Of a stretch of 64,000 nt of DNA, positions 50,001-61,479 are shown piece after piece (positions within the stretch are counted from its first letter, which is position 1; each line of letters begins with the position of its first letter). Made by a program: the position numbers and the translations under genes. The DNA lies in contig CM126206.1 in assembly GCA_052327205.1 (NCBI GenBank), positions 160,828,001 to 160,892,000 on the forward strand, written 5' to 3'. The notes under the pieces are model-generated. The model ran no database searches. It was given only the letters and a program-made list of their open reading frames with translations, and had not been told where the DNA came from. Source of the stretch: Somniosus microcephalus (lineage: Eukaryota).

Positions 50001-51362
50001 CTCTGCCTCGACAGCTGGGCGAATTGCATATGGTACCGGTCTCGCTTTGAAAAACTTGGGAACTACATTCTCTTCTATTTTTATCGAGGCGCTTATGCCT
50101 TTAAGCGTGCCCAGTTCTTGTTGAAATACCTCTTTGGCGTTAGCTAAGATTGTTGACAATCGTCCAGGAGTGACGTCTTCATCTTTTTTACCGTCCACCA
50201 TCATTGCATGAATGGAATGCCAATCTAAGTTTATCTTCCTGATCCATTCCCGTCCCAATAACGGTGGTCCACCATTTGGCAGTATGTAGAGATACAATTT
50301 CCGTATTTTCTTGCCATTGTATTCGACAGGCACCCTTATTTTTCCTCTGGGGTATACCTTTTGCCCCGTATACATCCTCAAGATGATGGATGTCTCTCTC
50401 AAGGGTATGTGTGAAAATAGCCGCTCGTAGTCTCGTCGATTCATGGCGGTTAGCGCTGATCCTGTATCCAATTCCACTTTAACTTGGGACCCTGCTATCG
50501 TGAGAGTGACCCAAATGGTTCGGTGATCCTCTTTTGTGATTACATTGTGAAGTTTGAGACAGCTTAGTCTCCTGTTTCCGGATTCACTATCGCTCATCTG
50601 GTCTTTGGAACTACTGTCCGTCATCTTTTGTACTTTCTTGTACGGTTCCTTAGTAGCCTTTTTGTTGTCGCTGGTCTTCTTCCCAGACCTACAAACTCGT
50701 GCAATGTGTCCAATCTTCCCGCATTGTCTGCATATTTTGTCTTTGGACCAGCAGTCCTTCTGGTCATGGTTAGTTCTGCCGCAGCGATAACATTTTGCAA
50801 ATCCCCGTGTCATTTCGTGGGTGCCGTATTCCTGTGGTTTTTGTTGAATTTCTGCAGCTCCCCTGGCTGCTGCTTCATACGATACTGCCACGCTGAAAGC
50901 CTTATCTAGCGTCAGCTCTTTTTCTGCGAGTAACTTCTTCTGTGTTCCTTCACTCAGGAGTCCACAGACAAATTTGTCCCGTAGGGTATCTGCCAGTCCT
51001 GCTCCGAACTGGCAGTGCTTTGATAGCTTGCGTAGTTCCGTAAGATACTCAGCATTGCTCTCATCTTTGTGCTGAGTTCTCCTGTGGAATTTAAATCATT
51101 CTGCTATCAACAGCGGTGCAGGGTTTAAGTGCTCCTGTAGAACAGCAACAATTTCGTTAAAACTCTTCGCCTTCGGTTTGGCTGGAGTAATCAGATCCCG
51201 CAATAGGCCGTACGTTCTAGCGCCCATTAAGTTTAGCAATATTGATGCCTTTTTCCCCTCCGCTATTTCATTTGCCTCGAAATATACCTCGACTCTTTCC
51301 ACATACGTGGTCCAGTCCTCTAATGTGTTATCAAAAGCAGTGATACAGCCAGTCTTCGGCAT
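47039..51362 (-). pseudogene. gag-pol of Gypsy 4
   Basis: ORFs 51096..51362, 49257..50891 and 47039..48739, with premature stops and a SINE insertion in RNase H. Confidence 0.95.
48731..49090 (-). mobile_element. Full-length HE1-type V-SINE
   Basis: GGGCAGCACGGTGGCATAGTGG (A box), GGTTCGAATCC (B box), V-domain TGTGTGGAGTTTGCACATTCTCCCCGTG...GGGTTTCCTCCGGGTGCTCCGGTTTCCTCCCAC, a (TTCTGTGA)n tail and an ATTT TSD. Confidence 0.93.
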
Positions 51363-52409
51363 CTTGCAAATCTAAAATGGCGCCTCCCGTGCTTTGCCTT
51401 CTTCCCCGATTTAACAAAATGGCGCCTCCCGCGCTTTGTCTTCTTCCCCACTGTTGTTAGCGCTGCTTTCCACGGTTTCTTGCGCGTATTCTTTTTCTTT
51501 TATTATTTTTCCGTCGTGGAGCGGACCCTCTGGGACACTTCCCTCCCTCTTCTGAGGTCCGAACGCTGCCCGGCTTCGAAACACTGGCCGCGCCCTGTGT
51601 GCTCCACCCTCTCTCTTTGCTTCCCGACTCACTGCCCGGCCCCGTTGAAAGGCCACCCGATCGAGCTTCAGCCCGCCGCAGCCCAGGAAGGATCAGAGCA
51701 CTACCTGCCACCAGCCCGATTAGCTGGGAAACCACGGACCGAGGAACCCAGCCTGGCTCTGGAAAGTCGCTCCTGCAATTTTTTTTAATCAATGATTGAC
51801 GGTCGACACCCGTTTCTCGAGTTTCAATGGCCTCTTTTTTTTTTTTCTGGCTCCGACCTTCAACAACGTCGTCGGAGCTGCTGCTGAGTTGCAGGTAAGT
51901 TCGTTTCTTACTCGTCGCCAGTGTTAAGTCCGTGAATGATTTAGACACGGACTAGCAGGAGTGAAAACAAACACATCTTTACTGGTGGAAGTCCATAACG
52001 AAACTAAACAACAGAGGCTCTCTAGCGCCTTTTATACAGGGGTGGTCACTGCCGGTACTGCAGTCTGAGACCAGTTATTCTCTTAAAGGTACATACACAA
52101 CATCTACCACCTAGAAGACAAGGGCAGCAGATGCATGGGAACACCATCACCTTCAAGTTCCCCTCTAAGTAACACACCATTCCTACTTGCAGATATATCG
52201 TCATTCCTTCATTGTCGCTGGGTCAAAATCCTGCAATTCCCTACCTAACAGCACTGTGGGAGTATCTTCACCACACAGACTGCAGCGGTTCAAGAAGAAG
52301 GTCCACCACCTTCTCAAGGGCAACTAGGAATGGGCAATAAATGCCAGCAACTAGGGATGAGCAATAAATGCCAGCTACACCCACATCCCATGAACGAACC
52401 ACTGAGGTC

Positions 52410-54430
52410 CGTCTTCTTTGTAGCGGTTTGGTAGAACTGAGTGGCTTGCTAGGCCATTTCAAAGGGCAGTTAAGGATCAAGCACATTGCTGCGGGTCTGG
52501 AGCCACATATGGGCCAGACCAGGTAAGGACAGCAGATTTCCTTCCCTAAAGGACACTAGTGAACCAGATGGGTTTTTACAACAATCAAGTCATTTCATGG
52601 GGTTGAATTTTGCTGTCAAAATAGAAAAGATTGACAGTGAGTAGGGAACCCTCCACATGAGTCTCCCAGGTGTTGAGTCTGTCAGTGCTAAGCAGACCCG
52701 ACACCATGTGGCGGGTGAGGCAATTGACATCATTAAATGGATTGTTAACATTTTATTGCCTACATTTCAATTTTACGTGCTCCCCCATTGGTTATCCACT
52801 GCTCGGGGAACACGTCAGCTCAGCATGTCGTGAGTGGATTCAGCATTGAATTATCTCATAACCTGACAAAGTTGAATAAATGATCCCATGTAGGAGCTGT
52901 TTACTTTCAAAGCTCAGAAGCTGTTGCTTACTGCATTTGGAAGACATATTGAGCTTTCTGCAGCTTGCAAGTGTTTGAAGCCAACTCTCTATCTAGTGCC
53001 ACTTCATTGCAACAACCTCTCTCACCATTGACAGATCGCTTCTGTCATCTCAAACTCATCTGCCATCTATTCCATCAGCATCGTTGCCCTTGAAAATATC
53101 TCACCTTGGTCCTCAGAATCCCACCAAGATCAGCCCCAACCCCAGCATCACCAGGCACACCAGCAGCAACAACAAAACCACCAGCCTTCTCCACAATCAA
53201 CTGATGCTGCACAGGATACAGGGCATCAGCACTCGACAACATTGCTGCCCGGGATGCCAGGGATGGTCTCACCATGGCCAGAGTTATTTCACTTGACGCT
53301 GTACATCCTGGATGCCACATGATGCACCAGGTTGGCACCACCAACATCATAAAACATCCCTACAATGCCCAAGCCATTCCTTTCACAGTCGTCACCATTG
53401 CGGGCAGGGGGGGGGGAGGTGCGGGGGTTACCGTTATGTCTCACCATTCACTACATCTCACTAAGCCACTTCCAAAGGTGCACACAAATCGGTCCAAGAA
53501 CGCAAAGTGCTGAAAATAAAGATTTCAATGTTTGACAGCACATTAACAGAAACTTCACATGAACATTAGCTAAAGCACACAGGTGCCTACCCTTGTGTGT
53601 TGTTAGTTGGTATGACTACACTAGGATGAGGGTGAGTGTGAGGGGTGGCTAGTGAGATGGGGAAGTGATAATGTAGATAGAGAGGGATGGGTGGAGGTGC
53701 AAGGTAAGTTGGTGTGAGTAAGGATGTGCAGGAGTAGGGTAGGGAAGGCAGAGTGATGGGGATTTGATGAGTGGCACAGCTTGGCGGTAACATTTCGTGA
53801 TCTACTGAGATCATTGAAAGGTTTGCGCCACTACAACCTGGTCCTCCTGACGACATACCTGCTTGTGCCCTCCTGTGCAATGTGCAACCAGGCTGCGTTG
53901 ATCTCCTGGGGAGGTCTCTTCCACCTATGTGAAGGAAGAGAACGAACCTCCCTGCGTGCTGTGGGAGAGTCTGGGTGCAGCCATGCACTGCTTCTCAGTG
54001 TTTGCAGCATCTCAATGCAGCAACTCAGAACTATCAAAATCAATTTGGACATGGCTCATTTAAGGAAACTGGCTGATGACATGTCATAAAATGATGTCAG
54101 CAGACCAGCTTCCTATTAATTGGCTGGGAACCTCGTAGGGCAGGCTTAATAAGCCCTATTAACGTAAAATCATTCGGAGAGTGTGGGCTGCAGTAGGCAG
54201 CAGGCTGGGACCACGACACCAACCCTGGCCGCCACGGACGGCGAAATTGCAGCCATGGTTACCATTACTGATACCAATTTTTTTATTCCAGATTTACTTA
54301 ATTAACTGAATTTAAATTCCCCAGAAGTTGTAGGGATTTGAACTCACATCTCTGGATCATTAGTCCAGTGAATCATTAGTCCATGCGTCCGGATTACTAG
54401 TCCAGTAATATAACCACTATGCTACCGTTC
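52410..54430 (-). mobile_element. tRNA-headed repeat (same as 17370-17668) split by Harbinger E
   Basis: Sequence is continuous across 52600-54254, with the B-box-like GAGTTCAAATCCC on -. Confidence 0.7.
52600..54254. mobile_element. Non-autonomous Harbinger (copy E), inverted homolog of copy D
   Basis: ATG|GGGTTGAATTTTGC ... GCGAAATTGCAGCC|ATG. Myb remnant 'WKRPPQEINAAWLHIAQE' on -. Confidence 0.8.
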
Positions 54431-55095
54431 CCACAGTAAAATAAATTAGATCCCACAGGTGGGCAGACTGGAGAACTCATGAGTAGTCTGTTTATATCAA
54501 TTTAAGTAAAATTAAAATAATAAAAGTTGGAAATATTAATTTTAACTGAATTAATATCTGGATTGTGGAATAGTACCAGCGATGTTGCTGTAAAAGCTTT
54601 CTTCACAGTGCCATCTTGTTTCAGATATGAAATAATGAGCAACCCCTCCTTGGAGATAACAACATGACATGCATTGTGCTTCAATAATCTATAAACATTA
54701 AAATAAATCAAATCATAACTAAAGCAAGTAAATAAATAAACTAATTATGATTTTCGTTTTCTGTGAGAAACAGTTGATTCAGTCCTTAACTACAAAGCAT
54801 ATATTTTTAAGCCGGAACAGTTGGCAAGTAAGAAATATTTAGTGTAAGCCAGCCTGGTAAAAGAATATAATAATGTAATATTATCCTTATTCTTACAAGT
54901 CCTAATAATCCACTTCATATGCTATCAAACCATCATTGCTACAAATAGGTTTATATAATTAGAATATTTACATTCTACAATTACTCCATGTTGCCTCACT
55001 GAGCTGAGAATTATAACTAAATTGCACTTCATTACACATAATTAACCTTTTGTCTGATTAAAAAGAAATAACGTCTGTTGAACAGCCAAACCATA

Positions 55096-58000
55096 TCTAT
55101 ATATACAAAAGGATATGTCTCTCTGTCTGTCTCTCTGTCTGTCTCTCTGTCTGTCTCTCTTTCTGTCTCTCTGGCCGGCTATACAATCAAAAGTTATAGA
55201 GCGTACCTACACATATGTTATATCAAAAGAAAGCTCATCATTAGGGGACTCTTGTAGGCGTATTTACTTTTTGCTCCGACAAAAATTGTGCCGACGGTAT
55301 CCAAAAAATGTTCAAAATTCCTCTCATTATCCGCTCATTTGCATCGAGTGGGGGCGGGTTCATTGTGTGTGCGGGCGGGCCATCCTACAGTTGAATAACG
55401 TGATGATTGACCAATCGTACAGTTCAGTGACCTGACGGTTGACCAATGCGTGTGTGGGCGGGCCTTATCATTCTGAACCGAGGTGAGTCGCCGCCATCTT
55501 GATTCCAAACTTTTCATTTCTTTTTCCCACTTTCTGCGTGTTTCTTTTCAAATCTACATTTCCAGCAAAAAAAAAGTTGCTTTTAAAACACAAATTGTTT
55601 TTAAAAAAAGTTAATTAATTTGTAAATCTTTTCTCTAACCTCTATAATTCTCCTACCTTTCACCGTTTTTCCAGGCCCGGGGCCTAGGCTTCTCCAACTG
55701 CCAGCAGCGCAACTCTAGTCCCAGGCTCCTGGCCTAGACAGAGACAAACACTGGCAGAGGGCAGAGGGTGTGCTGCCTCAGATCCATTCCCGGGGTCAGT
55801 AGGTGGGGAGGCTTCATAAGCAACTGGGGTAGGTCGCAAGCCCCGAATAATAATCTGAAGATCCTGTGTTTGCAGCTGAGGAAATTTCTTCTGCTGACAG
55901 CCCCAGGTTAACGGCAGCCATCTTTGTCAAGGAGTGTGAAAAGTTTCAGTGCGACGCCATTTTGATTCAGTGTGTAACAGAGTGCATGCGCAGCCATCTT
56001 AGTACAGGAACATAGAGTGGGTGGGGCTTCTGTGCTCCAAATCTGGTCCTGGTGACCGAGACAGACAATCGACTGTGTGGGCGGGGCCTAATCTTTCCAG
56101 CTGAAAAGCAAGCGGTGGCCATTGTTTGTGATACAACACACTGAGAGGTGAGGACCCCTTTTTTAATAAAAAGATTGGTGAGGTTGTAAAGTGTATGTTA
56201 TAGAAAGATTTACCAAAAATGTTTTATAAGTACTTTAAGTTTCATGTTTCCCCACCCCTTGCTCCCCCCGCTCCCTTTCCCCCCTCCCTTTTATCCCCCT
56301 CTACCTTTATCCCCCTTCCCCCCTCCCTTCCCCCCTCCCTTTCCCCCTTCCCTTTCCCCCCTCCTTCCCCCACAACCTCTTCCTCCCCCAACACCCCCTT
56401 CCCCCCCACCCTTTCCACCCTTCCCCCCACACCCCCACCCCCTTCCCCCCCACACCCCCACCCCCTTCCACCCACCCTTCCCCCCACCCCCCTTCCCCCC
56501 TTCCCCCCCACTTCACCCCCACACCTCCTTCCCCCCCACACACCCCCACACCCCCTTCCCCCCTTCCCCCCAACACCCCCTTCCCCCCCCACACCCCCAC
56601 ACCCCCTTCCCCCCCACACACCCCCACACCCCCTTCCCCCCACACCCCCTCCCACCTCCCCTCCCCCACCACCCCTTCCCCCACCCACCCATTTCTCCCC
56701 CACCCACCCCTTTCTCCCACCCCACCCACCCACCCACCCACCCCCCCCACCCACCCCTCCTCCCCCCCCACCCCACCCCACCCTTCTCCCCCCCCACCCA
56801 CCCCACCCTTCTCCCCCCCACCCACTCACCCTTCTCCCCCCCACCCAACCCACCCTTCTCCCCCCCACCCACCCCACCCTTCTCCCCCCCACCCACCCCA
56901 CCCTTCACCCCCCCACCCACCCCACCCTTCTCCCCCCCACCCACCCCACCCTTCTCCCCCCCACCCACCCCACCCTTCTCCCCCCCACCAACCCCACCCT
57001 TCTAGCCCCCACCCACCCCAATCTTCTCCCCCCCACCCACCCCACTCTTCTCCCCCACCCACACATTTCTCCCCCACACCTTGCTCCCCCACCCCTTGCT
57101 CCCCCACCTCTTTCCCCTTTCTCTCCTCCCCTCTCTGTCTCTCTCTCTCCCTCCCTCTGTCTCTGTCTCCCTCTCTCTCACTCTCATTCCCTCTCTCCNN
57201 NNNNNNNNNNNNNNNNNNNNNNNNNNNNNNNNNNNNNNNNNNNNNNNNNNNNNNNNNNNNNNNNNNNNNNNNNNNNNNNNNNNNNNNNNNNNNNNNNNNN
57301 NNNNNNNNNNNNNNNNNNNNNNNNNNNNNNNNNNNNNNNNNNTCTCTTCCCCCCCTGTCACTCTCTCTCTTCCCCCCCATCGCTCTCTCTGTTCCCCCTG
57401 TCGCTCTCTCCCCACCGTCGCTCTCTCTCTTCCCCCCCAGTCGCTCTATCTCTTCCCCCCAGTCGCTCTCACTCTTCCCCCCCAGTCGCTCACTCTCTTC
57501 CCCCGAGTCGCTCTCTCTCTTCCCCCCCAGTCGCTCTCTCTCTTCCCCCCGTCGCTCTCTCTCTTCCCCCCAAGTCGCTCGTTCTCTCTCTTCCCCTCCA
57601 GTCGCTCTCTCTCTCTCTTCCCCCCAGTCGCTCTCTCTCTCTCTTCCCCCCAGTCGCTCTCTCTCTCTCTTCCCCCCAGTCGCTCTCTCTCTCTCTTCCC
57701 CCCATCTCTCTCTCTCTCTCTTCCCCCCAGTTGCTCTCTCTCTCTCTTTCCCCCCAGTCGCTCTCTCTCTCTCTTCCCCCCGTCACTCTCTCTCTTCCCC
57801 CTGTCGCTCTCTCTCCCCCCCGTCGCGCTCTCTCTTCCCCCCCAGTCGCTCTCTCTCTTCCCCCCCAGTCGCTCTCTCTCTTCCCCCCAGTCGCTCTCTC
57901 TCTTCCCCCCCAGTCGCTTTCTCTCTTCCCCCCCAGTCGCTCTCTCTCTTCCCCCCCAGTCGCTCTCTCTCTTCCCCCCAGTCGCTCGCTCTCTCTCTTC

Positions 58001-60360
58001 CCCTCCAGTCGCTCTCTCTCTCTCTTCCCCCCCAGTTGCTCTCTCTCTCTCTTCCCCCCATCTCTCTCTCTCTCTCTCTTCCCCCCAGTCGCTCTCTCTC
58101 TCTCTTCCCCCCAGTCGCTCTCTCTCTCTCTTCCCCCGTCACTCTCTCTCTTTCCCCGTCACTCTCTCTCCCCCCCCGTCGCGCTCTCTCTTCCCCCCCA
58201 GTCGCTCTCTCTCTTCCCCCCCGTCGCTCTCTCTCTTCCCCCCCAGTCGCTCTCTCTCTTCCCCCCCAGTCGCTCTCTCTCTTCCCCCCAGTCACTCTCT
58301 CTCTTCCCCCTGTCGCTCTCTCTCCCCCCCGTCGCGCTCTCTCTTCCCCCCCAGTCGCTCTCTCTCTTCCCCCCCAGTCGCTCTCTCTCTTCCCCCCAAG
58401 TCGCTCGTTCTCTCTCTTCCCCCCAGTCGCTCTCTCTCTCTCTTTCCCCCAGTCGCTCTCTCTCTCTCTTCCCCCCAGTCGCTCTCTCTCTCTCTTCCCC
58501 CCAGTCGCTCTCTCTCTCTCTTTCCCCCATCTCTCTCTCTCTCTCTTCCCCCCAGTCGCTCTCTCTCTCTCTTTCCCCCCAGTCGCTCTCTCTCTCTCTT
58601 CCCCCCGTCACTCTCTCTCTTCCCCCTGCCGCTCTCTCTCCCCCCCCGTCGCGCTCTCTCTTCCCCCCCAGTCGCTCTCTCTCTTCCCCCCCAGTCGCTC
58701 TCTCTCTTCCCCCCCAGTCGCTCTCTCTCTTCCCCCCCAGTCGCTCTCTCTCTTCCCCCCCAGTCGCTCTCTCTCTTCCCCCCAGTCGCTCGCTCTCTCT
58801 CTTCCCCTCCAGTCGCTCTCTCTCTCTCTTCCCCCCAGTCGCTCTCTCTCTCTCTTCCCCCCATCTCTCTCTCTCTCTCTCTTCCCCCCAGTCGCTCTCT
58901 CTCTCTCTTTCCCCCCAGTTGCTCTCTCTCTCTCTTCCCCGTCACTCTCTCTCTTCCCCCGTCACTCTCTCTCCCCCCCGTCGCGCTCTCTCTTCCCCCC
59001 CAGTCGCTCTCTCTCTTCCCCCCCAGTCGCTCTCTCTCTTCCCCCCCAGTCGCTCTCTCTCTTCCCCCCCAGTCGCTCTCTCTCTTCCCCCCCAGTCGCT
59101 CTCTCTCTTCCCCCCCAGTCGCTCTCTCTCTTCCCCCCAGTCGCTCTCTCTCTTCCCCCCCAGTCGCTCTCTCTCTTCCCCCCCAGTCGCTCTCTCTCTT
59201 CCCCCCCTAGTCGCTCTCTCTCTTCCCCCCCAGTCGCTCTCTCTCTTACCCCCCAGTCGCTCTCTCTCTTCCCCCCAGTCGCTCTCTCTCTTCCCCCCCA
59301 GTCGCTCTCTCTCTTCCCCCCCAGTCGCTCTCTCTTCCCCCCAGTCGCTCCCTCTCTTCCCCCCAGTCGCTCTCTCTCTTCCCCCCAGTCGCTCTCTCTC
59401 TTCCCCCCAGTCGCTCTCTCTTCCCCCCCAGTCGCTCTCTCTCTTCCCCCCAGTCGCTCTCTCTCTTCCCCCCCAGTCGCTCTCTCTCTTCCCCCCCAGT
59501 CGCTCTCTCTCTTCCCCCCAGTCGCTCTCTCTCTTCCCCCCCTAGTCGCTCTCTCTCTTCCCCCCCAGTCGCTCTCTCTCTTACCCCCCAGTCGCTCTCT
59601 CTCTTCCCCCCCAGTCGCTCTCTCTCTTCCCCCCAGTCGCTCGCTCTCTCTCTTCCCCCCAGTCGCTCGCTCTCTCTCTTCCCCTCCAGTCGCTCTCTCT
59701 CTCTCTTCCCCCCCCAGTCGCTCTCTCTCTCTCTTCCCCCATCTCTCTCTCTCTCTCTCTTCCCCCCAGTCGCTCTCTCTCTCTCTTTCCCCCCAGTCGC
59801 TCTCTCTCTCTCTTCCCCCGTCACTCTCTCTCTTCCCCCGTCGCTCTCTCTCCCCCCCGTCGCGCTCTCTCTTCCCCCCCAGTCGCTCTCTCTCTTCCCC
59901 CCAGTCGCTCTCTCTCTTCCCCCCCAGTCGCTCTCTCCCTTCCCCCCCAGTCGCTCTCTCTCTTCCCCCCCAGTCGCTCTCTCTCTTCCCCCCAGTCGCT
60001 CTCTCTCTTCCCCCCCAGTCGCTCTCTCTCTTCCCCCCAGTCGCTCTCCCTCTTCCCCCCCAGTCGCTCTCTCTCTTCCCCCCCAGTCGCTCTCTCTCTT
60101 CCCCCCCTAGTCGCTCTCTCTCTTCCCCCCCAGTCGCTCTCTCTCTTACCCCCCAGTCGCTCTCTCTCTTCCCCCCAGTCGCTCACTCTCTTCCCCCCCA
60201 GTCGCTCTCTCTCTTCCCCCCCAGTCGCTCTCTCTTCCCCCCAGTCGCTCCCTCTCTTCCCCCCAGTCACTCTCTCTCTTCCCCTCAGTCGCTCTCGCTC
60301 TCTCTTCCACCAACAACATGCCCTCAAATGACCCTCGGCACCGCCGGGCACTTTAGCTAG
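55096..60360 (+). mobile_element. Non-autonomous Helitron 2
   Basis: A|TCTATATATACAAAAGGAT ... CCCTCGGCACCGCCGGG-CACTTTAG-CTAG|T. The first 230 bp or so and the last 50 bp or so are homologous to Helitron 1. Confidence 0.9.
56245..60305. repeat. C-rich array followed by an approximately 3-kb (CCCCCAGTCGCTCTCTCTCTT)n minisatellite, inside Helitron 2
   Basis: Directly visible, with one N gap. Confidence 0.97.
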
Positions 60361-60419
60361 TTATTATATATGGGAAACCAGATATGCAGTACATGATACA
60401 AGGTAGTAACACATTAGAG

Positions 60420-60622
60420 GTTGGGACGAGGTCCTACATCATGAGAGTGAAGCTTAAGCAGTTTATGAATGTCATCAAAACCATGAGATGTGTTATTCTG
60501 TATAACATATACTTGGCTATTGGGTGACATGACTCATGAATCCTTTCAGGAACCCAGGCACAGCTACAGAGTGGACCTACAATGAGAGTCATACTGCAAC
60601 CAGGCAACTCACAAGCAGACAG
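60420..60622 (+). pseudogene. Degraded Harbinger transposase C-terminal fragment
   Basis: 'WLLGD' followed by 'LMNPFRNPGTATEWTYNESHTATR'. Confidence 0.6.
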
Positions 60623-60625
60623 TTG

Positions 60626-61470
60626 GGGCTGGATTTTGTGAATGCAGGCGAGTTGGAGGCGGGACTACTGCTTGTCGTGTCAATGACCCGCCTCCATCCT
60701 CGCCTGACCAACCAGAGGGACCTTCCCCTGAATAAGCATGTTAAGCCCGCCCTGCGGGCTCACAAGGACAATTAGGGAGGAAGTCACTTACAGAGCACGT
60801 CAACGTCAGACGTGTTATCTGTCAAGACTTCTGGAAAGAAGAAAAGTCAATGATGGACAGCTCTGTGAAGCTGTCAAACACTGACATTCTCTTTAGCTTG
60901 ATGAGCCCTTGTGTTCAGGACTCATCAAACATTTCAAATTTATAAATTTCACATGAATGTTGGTTCGGGGGTTCCAACAGCCAGTCTGTGAAATTGACAA
61001 GCAGGATGTTGGTTCTCCCGATCCACCATGGCTAAAGGCTGTAGGAAGAAAACAAGGAAAGTGAACACTTTTTAAAACTTATTACTCACCTTGCATACTT
61101 ACCACTCCACCCTTGCACCCATCACTCACCTCTACATTTTACTTCCAGGTGCCTCCGACCACCACAGACCTCCTCCACGTCTCCTCCAACCCGGCAGGAC
61201 TCTCCAAGGTCGGGAAACCTTCACCTGTGAAGGTAAAATGGCACTAATCCTTTTTTCTGCCTGTTAACTACCTGTTAACAGGCAGTTAAAAGGATTAAAT
61301 GCCTTTCCCACCTCCAGGAGATGGGACCCGAAGCTGCACATTTTCCCACCTCCTGGCAAAAGGGCATGGAGGTGGGATGGGGCGGGTTTGCCATCCACCC
61401 CCACTTTCTCCGAATTTACCAGCTGTCCCAGCTCCATGCCCACCTCCTCAGGGCTTGGAAAATCCAGCCC
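60626..61470. mobile_element. Harbinger-type MITE
   Basis: TTG|GGGCTGGATTTT ... AAAATCCAGCCC|TTG (perfect 12-bp TIR, TTG TSD). Confidence 0.88.
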
Positions 61471-61479
61471 TTGGTGTAG

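Larger units (their letters stand above)
46762..52102 (-). mobile_element. Gypsy LTR retrotransposon 4, full length; relative of Gypsy 1
   Basis: LTRs at 46762-46930 and 51922-52102 (about 2 substitutions, 2 indels). Perfect TCTAC TSD, PBS TGGCGACGAG (tRNA-Ser-like), PPT AAAAGAGGAGGAAT. Confidence 0.97.
46520..52395 (+). mobile_element. LINE 3' fragment split by Gypsy 4
   Basis: Sequence rejoins across the TSD as ...CACGATCTCTAC^CACCTAGAAGACAAGGGCAGC. Confidence 0.85.

Noticed and set aside
57340-60305. CRISPR-like regular repeat
   Set aside because: No unique spacers, no cas genes, and a eukaryotic context.
56219-60360. Very long ORFs (up to 1108 aa) rich in P/S/L or G/E/R
   Set aside because: They are translations of stop-free minisatellite spanning N gaps, and are open in several frames on both strands.
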